This document shows, piece after piece, positions 25,641-33,619 of a stretch of 64,000 nt of DNA. The DNA comes from Candidatus Saccharimonadota bacterium (GTDB taxonomy: Bacteria > Patescibacteriota > Saccharimonadia > Saccharimonadales > SLHW01), in the NCBI GenBank assembly GCA_050486305.1, contig JBJHDA010000001.1, forward strand, positions 307,071 to 371,070, read 5' to 3'. Positions within the stretch are counted from its first letter, which is position 1. Each line of letters starts with the position of its first letter. The translations under genes and the position numbers were made by a program. The notes beneath the pieces were generated by a model that was not told where the DNA came from, ran no database searches, and saw only the letters and a list, made by a program, of their open reading frames with translations.

Positions 25641-26405
25641 TTATTCTTGCGGTGCCTGAGATGTCTGATAGAGAACCTGCAGACGATTATTCTTTATATC
25701 CTCTAATATTTGCTTGGCACACCGTTTTACATCATCAACTGTCCCATTGCTCATTACTGTACAGTCAACATTAATATTATCGCGCTCCCTCTCTGTCGGG
25801 TCGAGCATGTCATTCTGTAGGTGTCCTGGGCGATAAACTTTGATAATTATACCGCCGGCGTGCCGAATTGCCGCAGCATCGCTTGGAAATCTAAGCCCGC
25901 CTACAATGCAGAGCTTACAGCCAGTTGTTGCAGAGTCATATACCATTCGAGTGACCTCGCGGAACCAAATTCCCGGGTCAACCTTTTTTATGAGATAGCC
26001 GCCAAGCCATTGTAGGAATGGACGGTATGTTTCTTTATTTTCAAGGGTAATTCCCTGCTGTGCAAGCTCTGGGTTACGATGCAGATTCTCAACATGCATG
26101 ATGAGCTTCTGGTATTCGATAGGGTGCTGCTCAATTGAAGCAGGGTCAAGCCTAATCTGCTCGAACGTACATTCGGCATGAACCGTCTCAGAGAGTATTC
26201 CAGGTAATGCATGCAGCCATGAATTGAGCGACTCTACGTCATAAGGATCGGGCAGCTCACGCAGAGAAGCATGCATAGCGTTTGCGACGCGAGCAATAAC
26301 AAGACTCGATTCCAGGTGAATAGTATGAGGCTCTAGCTCCATCAGCGCATTGGCAAACGTTGTTTTGCCATGACTAATTGGGCCAGTCATGCCAAGCAAA
26401 ATCAT
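25641..26405 (-). CDS. P-loop NTPase, dNMP-kinase-like (nucleotide kinase, substrate unknown)
   Basis: Walker A GMTGPISHGKTT. The C-terminal GGLRFPSDAAAIRHAGGIIIKVYRP resembles the deoxynucleotide monophosphate kinase motif. Confidence 0.6.
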   Translation of the reverse strand: MILLGMTGPISHGKTTFANALMELEPHTIHLESSLVIARVANAMHASLRELPDPYDVESLNSWLHALPGILSETVHAECTFEQIRLDPASIEQHPIEYQKLIMHVENLHRNPELAQQGITLENKETYRPFLQWLGGYLIKKVDPGIWFREVTRMVYDSATTGCKLCIVGGLRFPSDAAAIRHAGGIIIKVYRPGHLQNDMLDPTERERDNINVDCTVMSNGTVDDVKRCAKQILEDIKNNRLQVLYQTSQAPQE

Positions 26406-26445
26406 AAGCGTAGTGTATCAGCTCTGTAGGGTTTACACTAGTGTT

Positions 26446-27432
26446 CTAGGCAGCGAGTTCTGATGATTGAACAAGGATGCTCGGCCCCATACTTGTCGTT
26501 ACATAGATACTTTTAACGAATGAGCCTTTTAAGCTGCTGGGCTTGTTTGATTTAATGCTTCGTAACAATTCTGTGGCATTGTTAAGCACTTTGTCTTCGC
26601 CAAAGCTGACTTTTCCAATTGGCGCGTGAATGATTCCCGATTCATCAACACGGTACTCAATTTTACCGGCTTTTGCCTCCTTGACCGCTTTTTCAATGTC
26701 ATTTGTTACCGTACCGCTCTTCGGGTTTGGCATTAACCCTTTCGGGCCGAGAATACGAGCATATTTACTAAGTTTTGGCATCATGCTCGGGGTTGCAATC
26801 AGTATGTCGAACGCGATAGACCCTTTTTCCAGTTCCTGTAAAAGCTTGTCTTCTCCTGCGATGTCAGCACCAGCTTTTTTTGCTGTATTGGCATCTTCAG
26901 CATCCGCAAAAACACCGACACGGACAGTCTTGCCTGTACCTGATGGCAGAACGATAGAATCCCTGATATTCTGATCAGCTTGCCGAGGATCAACATTCAA
27001 TCTTGCGTGTAGCTCGACAGTAGCATCAAAAGAAACATGGCTTGTGCTTACAGCTAAAGCGATCGCCTCTTTTAGGTCATATGCTTTCCCTTTTTCGATT
27101 TTCTTGGCTGACTCTTTATACCCTTTTGCACGACGTTCACTTCTCGGTCGAGTGGGGTTTTGTTTCTGCTTAGGCTTCTCTACAGACTTTTCAGCTGATT
27201 GCTTTCTCGCTTCTTTTTCCTCTAGTTCTTTTTCTTCACGAAGAGCTTTTGCGCTCCGCTTTCCAGCTTTTGCAACAGCTGTCTTGCTATCATTTTCCGG
27301 CTTCTCGTCCGCATTTTTGCTTGCGGCAGCATTTTTTATCGCTTCGTTGATTTCTTTTACTGTATTCTTTTCAGAAACATCAAGCTTTAGCGCTTTCGCT
27401 TCACTTAAGAGTTCGGCTTTCGTTTTAGCCAT
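26446..27432 (-). CDS. rplA: Ribosomal protein L1 with a ~105-aa Lys/Glu-rich N-terminal extension
   Basis: Conserved L1 core from about aa 110. The start is set at the ATG with AAGGAG 7 nt upstream (MAKTKAEL). Confidence 0.93.
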   Translation of the reverse strand: MAKTKAELLSEAKALKLDVSEKNTVKEINEAIKNAAASKNADEKPENDSKTAVAKAGKRSAKALREEKELEEKEARKQSAEKSVEKPKQKQNPTRPRSERRAKGYKESAKKIEKGKAYDLKEAIALAVSTSHVSFDATVELHARLNVDPRQADQNIRDSIVLPSGTGKTVRVGVFADAEDANTAKKAGADIAGEDKLLQELEKGSIAFDILIATPSMMPKLSKYARILGPKGLMPNPKSGTVTNDIEKAVKEAKAGKIEYRVDESGIIHAPIGKVSFGEDKVLNNATELLRSIKSNKPSSLKGSFVKSIYVTTSMGPSILVQSSELAA

Positions 27433-27511
27433 GACTATTCTCCTTTTGTGGTTCAAGCCCTCGGTACATTACCGAGGTCCCACGCATATTATTAATACAA
27501 TTGACTGATAC

Positions 27512-27937
27512 TTACTCTACTTCTACACCCATCGATCGTGCGGTGCCAGCGACCATCTTTTTTACCGATTCGATGTTATCAGTATTCATGTCTTCCGCTT
27601 TTGCTTCTGCAATTTCTTGCAGCTGAGCCTGTGACAGTTTTTTCGTTAGCTTTTCCTTGTTTGGTACTCCAGAACCTTTCTTCTCGCCGATTGCTTTAAG
27701 AATAAGAACATCTGTAGGTGTGCCGACGACCCGCCATGACATTGAACGGTCATCATATATTGAGATATGGACGGTAATGTCTTGCCCCATTTTGTCCTTC
27801 GTTTCTTCATTAAACGGGGTGATGAAGTCCATCATGTTGACGCCGTATTGGCCGAGCGTAGAGCCGACTGGTGGCGCCGCGCTAGCTTGACCGCCACGTA
27901 GTTTCATCTTTAGATTTGCTTTAACCTTCTTTGCCAT
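27512..27937 (-). CDS. rplK: Ribosomal protein L11
   Basis: Conserved sequence (KLRGGQASAAPPVGSTLGQYGVN). Confidence 0.97.
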   Translation of the reverse strand: MAKKVKANLKMKLRGGQASAAPPVGSTLGQYGVNMMDFITPFNEETKDKMGQDITVHISIYDDRSMSWRVVGTPTDVLILKAIGEKKGSGVPNKEKLTKKLSQAQLQEIAEAKAEDMNTDNIESVKKMVAGTARSMGVEVE

Positions 27938-27973
27938 AAAAAATAACTCCTTTGGGAGTGCGTAACTGCGTTA

Positions 27974-28516
27974 CTATACCTTCTTTACCTGTAGTGAGTC
28001 AAGTTCTACCGGTGTTTCACGACCAAACATATTTACAAGTACTTTAAGCTTGCCCTTTGTTTCATCTACCTCGTTAATTGTTCCATCTGTGTCCTTAAAC
28101 GGTCCGTCGACGATGTTGACTACTTCGCCTACCTTAAAGTTCATCTTATATTTCGGCTCTTCTCGCCCCATGCGCTTTAATATTTTGTCTACTTCTTCTT
28201 GTGCTAGCGGTGTCGGCTCTGTACCAGATCCAACGAACCCGGTGACGTTCGGAGTATTCCTGACGATATACCAGGCATCTTCGCTCATCTTCATTTCAAC
28301 GATAACGTAGCCCTGAAAAATCTTCTTTTCAACAACTTTTCGTTTACTGTTTTTTACTTCGATCATTTTCTCTTTCGGTACTAATACCTGGAATATCTTA
28401 TCTTTCATTTCCAAGCTGTCTGCCCGTTGCCTGATGCTCTCTGCGACTTTTTCTTCATAGCCGCTGTAAGTATGGATGGCGTACCATAACTTTTGTGAAT
28501 CATACCGCTTGCTCAT
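27974..28516 (-). CDS. nusG: Transcription antitermination factor NusG
   Basis: NGN domain (WYAIHTYSGYE) plus a KOW domain (GEVVNIVDGPFKD). Confidence 0.95.
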   Translation of the reverse strand: MSKRYDSQKLWYAIHTYSGYEEKVAESIRQRADSLEMKDKIFQVLVPKEKMIEVKNSKRKVVEKKIFQGYVIVEMKMSEDAWYIVRNTPNVTGFVGSGTEPTPLAQEEVDKILKRMGREEPKYKMNFKVGEVVNIVDGPFKDTDGTINEVDETKGKLKVLVNMFGRETPVELDSLQVKKV

Positions 28517-28920
28517 AGTCCTAATATAACCCTTCTAAATACATTATCTAATACATAGTCGATTCCGGCTATCAAGCCGCCAAAGAAAGCAGCGAATAGC
28601 AGTACTGCTATTGTTAACCGAAACGTTTCTGACCTGTTTGGCCAGGTAACACCCTTTACTTCATTCCAGGCATTTCGAATCATTCCCGGCATAAGTGATC
28701 GACGCTTGTTTAGCTTTCCTACAAAGCCCTTATCTGGGAGGGGCAAATAGTATTCTTTACCGCCTTTTTTGGCGAGCCTAGTCTTTGCTCCGCCAACTTT
28801 CGACTTCACCTGTTTGATTCGACGTGGCTTTTTCGCAGCATCATTTGTTCCGCGTTCAACCTTATCACGAATCGTCTCTTGTTTCTTTATAACTCGACGC
28901 TTGCTCTTTTTTTCAGCCAT
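28513..28920 (-). CDS. secE: Preprotein translocase subunit SecE with a basic N-terminal extension
   Basis: C-terminal VKGVTWPNRSE plus a TM helix. The start is set at the ATG with AGGAG 7 nt upstream (alternative upstream ATG at 28956). Confidence 0.85.
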   Translation of the reverse strand: MAEKKSKRRVIKKQETIRDKVERGTNDAAKKPRRIKQVKSKVGGAKTRLAKKGGKEYYLPLPDKGFVGKLNKRRSLMPGMIRNAWNEVKGVTWPNRSETFRLTIAVLLFAAFFGGLIAGIDYVLDNVFRRVILGL

Positions 28921-29093
28921 CGGTTTCTCCTGCCTCTTCTTGGCCTTATAAGCCATTTAAAAAAGCCTAACTATACGTAGGCTTCCAAGCAAGTCAACTA
29001 TACTACTTCGTGCCCCTTGTGGTCAAGCAGTTTTATCGCAAAGCTTGTTCATTATATCGAGGCTGGATAATGTAAATGGTATAGAATAGAAAC

Positions 29094-30557
29094 ATGTTTA
29101 TGCTTATCGCAATTCTTGTAACGAGTATTCTATTCGAGTTGCTCCTTATAAATCGCTTATTTTGGAAATTCCGGTATCCGATAGTACTGCTAACGTCCGC
29201 CCTGCACGTACTTACTGCGACGGTGATTTTATTTCATTTTGCTACAGTCATCGGATTCGTCGCTCTTTACATTGTCATTTTTCGTTTGATTGCAAACATA
29301 CGTATAGTTTTTGACCGCTTGCACGGTGAACATTTGTATAGGGTTACGAAACGAACGGTGCTCTGGCTTGCTTTTTTTCAAGTAATTACATTGAGCGGGT
29401 TGTATTTTGAGTCGCAAGTGATTTTACCAATGACTCTTGATATGCTTGCTGCTGTTCAATTTTCGGCTTCGTTATTGTTTTTGGCTTTTATTATTAACTC
29501 AATTCGTCAAACGAAGTATCATAAGCACAATGAGTTTTTATCCGATAAAGAGCTTCCTGCTATAACTGTAGCAGTTCCTGCTAGGAACGAGACGGCTGAC
29601 TTGGAAGCTTGCCTAGAATCCATACTCAGCAGCAACTACCCCAAGCTAGAGATAATAGTGCTAGATGACTGCTCGCAGGATAAAACTCCAGACGTGATTA
29701 AACAGTACGCCCACGCAGGCGTACGGTTTATCCAGGGGAAACCGGCAGATGAGGGGTGGCTTGCGAAAAACTATGCTTATGAGCAGCTTACGAGAGAAGC
29801 CAGCGGGAGTTATATCGCGTTTTGCGGTGTTGACGTTCGCATGTCACCAAACTTTCTTCGTGACCTAATAACACACATGAAAGTGAAGAAAAAAAGAATG
29901 ATGAGCGTACTGCCCGTCCGATTGGGTGGCGATGTTCGGAGTAGCTTCATCCAGCCAATGAGATACTGGTGGGAACTTGCGTTGCCGCGGAAGCTGCTGA
30001 ATAAGCCGGCGGTACTTAGCACTTGCTGGGTCATACAAACGAAAGTACTAAAAAAGCTCGGGGGTTTTTCTGCTGTGAAACGCAGTATACTCCCAGAGCG
30101 CTTCTTTGCCCGCGATGCTGTAGCTCACGATACATATACGTTTATACGTGCAGACGAGGCCCTTGATATCAGAACAACTAAAAAACCCAGCCAGCAGCTA
30201 TCAACTGCAGTCCGTGTCCGCTATCCGCAATTTCGTAACCGAATCGAGACAACCATGATCTATACGCTCGGCTTACTAGTTCTCTTTTGCCTACCGTACG
30301 TTTTATTCACTGCGTCATTATTTACACTTATGCCCGTCGTCCAAGTGCTTAGTGTTCTTACAATTTTAGTATTAACCTTGTCTCACGTGATGATTGTAAC
30401 AATAAGCAACCCAGTGAACAGTGTCGCTGCTTTAGTGAATTTACCGTTTGTTATCATTAATGAGATTTATGTTGCGATTTACTCAATGCTGAAGTACGAA
30501 TTCGGAAGCGTTATATGGAAAGGTCGCAACATCTGCATTCCTGTCACTAAGCAATAA
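29094..30557 (+). CDS. Integral-membrane GT2-family glycosyltransferase (synthase-like: N-terminal TMs, GT-A domain, C-terminal TMs)
   Basis: ITVAVPARNE, VLDDCSQD, GVDV and the QPMRYW motif, flanked by about 4+4 hydrophobic helices. Confidence 0.8.
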   Translation: MFMLIAILVTSILFELLLINRLFWKFRYPIVLLTSALHVLTATVILFHFATVIGFVALYIVIFRLIANIRIVFDRLHGEHLYRVTKRTVLWLAFFQVITLSGLYFESQVILPMTLDMLAAVQFSASLLFLAFIINSIRQTKYHKHNEFLSDKELPAITVAVPARNETADLEACLESILSSNYPKLEIIVLDDCSQDKTPDVIKQYAHAGVRFIQGKPADEGWLAKNYAYEQLTREASGSYIAFCGVDVRMSPNFLRDLITHMKVKKKRMMSVLPVRLGGDVRSSFIQPMRYWWELALPRKLLNKPAVLSTCWVIQTKVLKKLGGFSAVKRSILPERFFARDAVAHDTYTFIRADEALDIRTTKKPSQQLSTAVRVRYPQFRNRIETTMIYTLGLLVLFCLPYVLFTASLFTLMPVVQVLSVLTILVLTLSHVMIVTISNPVNSVAALVNLPFVIINEIYVAIYSMLKYEFGSVIWKGRNICIPVTKQ

Positions 30558-30596
30558 AGGGTGGGATACGGCAGAATTTGGTAGTTGATACTATGC

Positions 30597-31763
30597 CTAC
30601 TCTTCAGTTTTCTCTAGGTTTGGCACGACTATTCTAAACGTAGACCCTTTATTGAGTTCGCTCTCCAGGTCAATATCAGCATGAAGCAACCTCGCCAACT
30701 TCATAGTTACGTATAGCCCGAGCCCTGTACCGCTATTTTGCCTGGTTCGGTAGTCTTCACTCCGGAAAAATTTATCAAAAACTTTTTCTTTATCAGATTT
30801 ACTGATACCGATGCCAGTATCGCTTACATAAAATTCCACGCCATTCTCTGCGGGCTTAGCTCCGATGGTTATCTTCCCGTTTTCAGTGTATTTTATTGCG
30901 TTGGTAATAAAATTTTGTAAAATTTCTTTCGTATACAGCTTACTCGACTGCAGTAACTCAAGATGGGGATCGACCTCGCAAGTTATTTCAAGCCCTTTCT
31001 CTTCTGCTTCATTTTCGTAAAGCTCAGCCAATTCTTCAGCTAGCTCGTGGGCATTAATGCTTTCTATGTCTAGTGTTAGCTTTCCACGCTCAGCTCGAGA
31101 AAGTGTTGCAAGGTCGTTCATCATTCCAGATAAAAAGTTTATTTGTTCATGTGCTTGCTCTAGTGCTTTCTCTACGACCGGATCATTAATACCCGACTTC
31201 TTAAACAAGAACACTGCATTTGAGATATTTCCTTCAGAAATAGCAATTGGGGTTCGCAGCTCATGACTCACAACACTTATGAACTCATCGCGCTCCTCCT
31301 CAAGTGACTTCTCGTGGGTAATATCTCTAAGTAAAACGACATACCCATGCATCCCTTTCTTTCCATAGCCGAGCCGAACCGGCGCTATACTGGTATACAG
31401 ATTAACCGTGCTGCCATCGTGATACTGTATCCGCCAATCGCGCGACGTAAATGACGTCTTAGTCGATTCGATAATGTCTTTTAGGTCAATAGTTTGATTT
31501 GTTTTATCTATAAGATGAAGAGTCTGATAGATTGATTTGCCTACTAAAGACTCATTGCTGTCGAGGATGTTTAGTGACGCTCCATTGGTAATAACAATCT
31601 TGCCTTGTCTGTCAACTGCAATAACACCGTCAGCCATACTGTTGATAAGGCTAATTAGCCGTTCTCGCTCTATGTCTGCTCGTGCAGGCTTTACGGCGCG
31701 CTGTGGCCTTCCTGCTTTGGTTGTATGGTTTGATTTTTTCGTTAGGGTGGTTTTATTCGGCAT
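30597..31763 (-). CDS. Cytoplasmic sensor histidine kinase (PAS + HisKA + HATPase_c)
   Basis: H-box SHELRTPI, N box FITNAIKYT, and G boxes DTGIGI and GTGLGL. No TM segment. No response regulator is adjacent. Confidence 0.9.
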   Translation of the reverse strand: MPNKTTLTKKSNHTTKAGRPQRAVKPARADIERERLISLINSMADGVIAVDRQGKIVITNGASLNILDSNESLVGKSIYQTLHLIDKTNQTIDLKDIIESTKTSFTSRDWRIQYHDGSTVNLYTSIAPVRLGYGKKGMHGYVVLLRDITHEKSLEEERDEFISVVSHELRTPIAISEGNISNAVFLFKKSGINDPVVEKALEQAHEQINFLSGMMNDLATLSRAERGKLTLDIESINAHELAEELAELYENEAEEKGLEITCEVDPHLELLQSSKLYTKEILQNFITNAIKYTENGKITIGAKPAENGVEFYVSDTGIGISKSDKEKVFDKFFRSEDYRTRQNSGTGLGLYVTMKLARLLHADIDLESELNKGSTFRIVVPNLEKTEE

Positions 31764-31804
31764 ATGCTTTTTTATTTTTACACAGATTGCGTCAGTTGTC
31801 AGTT

Positions 31805-32509
31805 TTATAGCGGAAATAACCTTGGCTCCATGGCTCTCATCCGACGACGAATCTCTGCTAAATCGGGCACATATTCAGCTAGGGCGCTCCAGAATTTTGC
31901 TCCGTGAGCTTGTATCTTTGTGTGTAGCAGTTCGTGCATAAGTACATAATCTATCAGTTCGTCATCAAGCTGCATCAAAAAAATATTGAGCGAGATATTT
32001 TTCTGGCTCGTACAGCTGCCCCAGCGACTTTTCATGCGTTTTACCGATACCTCTTTGAATGAGAAATTGTGCGACATTGCAAGCTCCTGAAGTCTACGTG
32101 GTAAATATTCTTTTGCTTCAATTCTGAGCGCTTCGATGCAGGCATCAAGCAGTTTTTTCTGCAGAGCGGTGCTAGTTTCATCGTAGCCAAAGGGTACTTC
32201 TACTCTGATTAAATCATTTGAAATCGTAATTTTTGGAACATCCCTGTCTTTTCTATAAGAAAAGACGACTCTGTGTTTTTTTCCTATCCGGGTATCGTGC
32301 AAAATACGGCTAGGCTCTGGTGACTGGGCTTTAATCCAGTCCCGTTTACTGTTCACAAAGCGAACACCGGCTGCATAAGGAACCCAGCTTGGTATCGTAA
32401 CGCGTATCGCACCGTCACTTCCCACGCGAAGTCTGAGCACACGTACACCTCGCCGCTTATATACACTTACCTTGCCTACACCTTCAAGTGTAAATATTTT
32501 TTTTGGCAT
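31805..32509 (-). CDS. YgjP/DUF45-type (M48-like) zinc metallohydrolase
   Basis: RWGSC plus HELLH (HExxH) near the C-terminus. Confidence 0.75.
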   Translation of the reverse strand: MPKKIFTLEGVGKVSVYKRRGVRVLRLRVGSDGAIRVTIPSWVPYAAGVRFVNSKRDWIKAQSPEPSRILHDTRIGKKHRVVFSYRKDRDVPKITISNDLIRVEVPFGYDETSTALQKKLLDACIEALRIEAKEYLPRRLQELAMSHNFSFKEVSVKRMKSRWGSCTSQKNISLNIFLMQLDDELIDYVLMHELLHTKIQAHGAKFWSALAEYVPDLAEIRRRMRAMEPRLFPL

Positions 32510-32523
32510 CGCGGCTTCTTCTC

Positions 32524-33195
32524 TTAACGGATTTTTATATTTCTTCTTCGCTCTGTGTCAACGCGGCCGGCACGCGGGTTCGGAATGAGGTTAACTAGCC
32601 CAGGCTTAACGAGCCCGAGTTTTGATCCGGTAGGTGATTCGACCAATCCTTGACTATAAAGCTTCTTATATACGTTATGTTTTTGTGTCGTGAATGTATG
32701 CTTGCCACTGATGACGACATAGTCCTCTTCCATAGTTGGGTTTTGCATTTGGCTTGAAAGGCTTTCAAACGTTGTGCGGTCAATCGGTGAGGCAAATTTA
32801 TCATCAATTTTACGGCGGTCACGTTTTATCACACGGTTAAACCCACTCTCTGGATCAATCTGTATCCACACTAAAACTGGCGAAAATTTGTATTTCCGCG
32901 CTAGATCGCGAAGTGCACGCCTGTCACGAAGTGTTGGAGTATTTGCATCGTATATAACACTTATCTTGGCGCGCATAAACTCTTCTGTCATGTAGTCCAT
33001 AATATGGTTGACTACATCATTTTCACGGTTGTCATAGCGCGGCTTTTCAAATAGCTCGTGTCGGATACGATCACTGTGCACATGAGCCATACCAAGCTCG
33101 GTAGAAAGATGACGTGCGAATGTTGACTTTCCAGCTCCTGGAAATCCATATAGTAGTACAAGTACCGGCTTAGTTGGTATTGGCTTTCCCATCAC
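32524..33195 (-). CDS. P-loop kinase (AAA_33 / zeta-toxin-like fold)
   Basis: Walker A GFPGAGKST. The small size and layout are typical of this kinase family. Confidence 0.6.
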   Translation of the reverse strand: MMGKPIPTKPVLVLLYGFPGAGKSTFARHLSTELGMAHVHSDRIRHELFEKPRYDNRENDVVNHIMDYMTEEFMRAKISVIYDANTPTLRDRRALRDLARKYKFSPVLVWIQIDPESGFNRVIKRDRRKIDDKFASPIDRTTFESLSSQMQNPTMEEDYVVISGKHTFTTQKHNVYKKLYSQGLVESPTGSKLGLVKPGLVNLIPNPRAGRVDTERRRNIKIR

Positions 33196-33299
33196 CGTAT
33201 TGTATAACAGATTTCATCTTAAAAGAAAAGTTTCACAGATGATGACATTTCCTTCAAATTATCGTACTATGAATGCCGTCTGGCCTTAAAAATTACTAA

Positions 33300-33376
33300 A
33301 GGGGAGTAGCTCAGTTGGCTAGAGCATCGGTCTCCAAAACCGAGGGTCGCAGGTTCAAGTCCTGTCTCCCCTGCCA
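33300..33376 (+). tRNA. tRNA-Trp (anticodon CCA), CCA end encoded
   Basis: Cloverleaf folded by hand: acceptor stem AGGGGAG/CTCCCCT, anticodon loop CTCCAAA, T loop TTCAAGT. Confidence 0.93.
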
Positions 33377-33392
33377 TAAGTGTTAATTTTAC

Positions 33393-33438
33393 CTCCAAGC
33401 ACGATACGTAAAGAAGCGTCCGTGTTTGGAGCTTTTTA
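33393..33438 (+). terminator. Intrinsic terminator after tRNA-Trp
   Basis: 11-bp stem CTCCAAGCACG/CGTGTTTGGAG with one G-U valid only on the + strand, followed by CTTTTTATTT. Confidence 0.6.
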
Positions 33439-33619
33439 TTTCTTTGATTATTAACCTTGTTATTGTTTCCAAAACTTGGCGTGTGACTTGTATTACCCAT
33501 GCTGATCATTTCATCGTAATACCATCTAAATTTTTTGCTTCCATAAAATACGCACCCGGCGAGAATATATCCCGCACGGGTGCCATAAATTTATTTTGGC
33601 CTTCTGGCATCACGTAAAT

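Noticed and set aside
26630-27508. Long antisense ORFs inside ribosomal protein genes (for example 26630-26974, 27044-27508, 18789-19151, 56579-57082, 58878-59363)
   Set aside because: These are shadow frames of highly expressed, codon-biased genes. They have no ribosome-binding sites and low-complexity translations, and each conserved gene on the other strand fully explains its region.
28957-28985. Terminator-like hairpin GCCTA/TAGGC followed by T6 just upstream of secE
   Set aside because: The stem is only 5 bp and no minus-strand gene lies upstream for it to terminate. It overlaps the alternative upstream ATG region, so I treat it as uncertain and make no call.
33267-33509. 80-aa minus-strand ORF
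   Set aside because: It overlaps the well-folded tRNA-Trp gene and its terminator on the opposite strand, so I consider it spurious.
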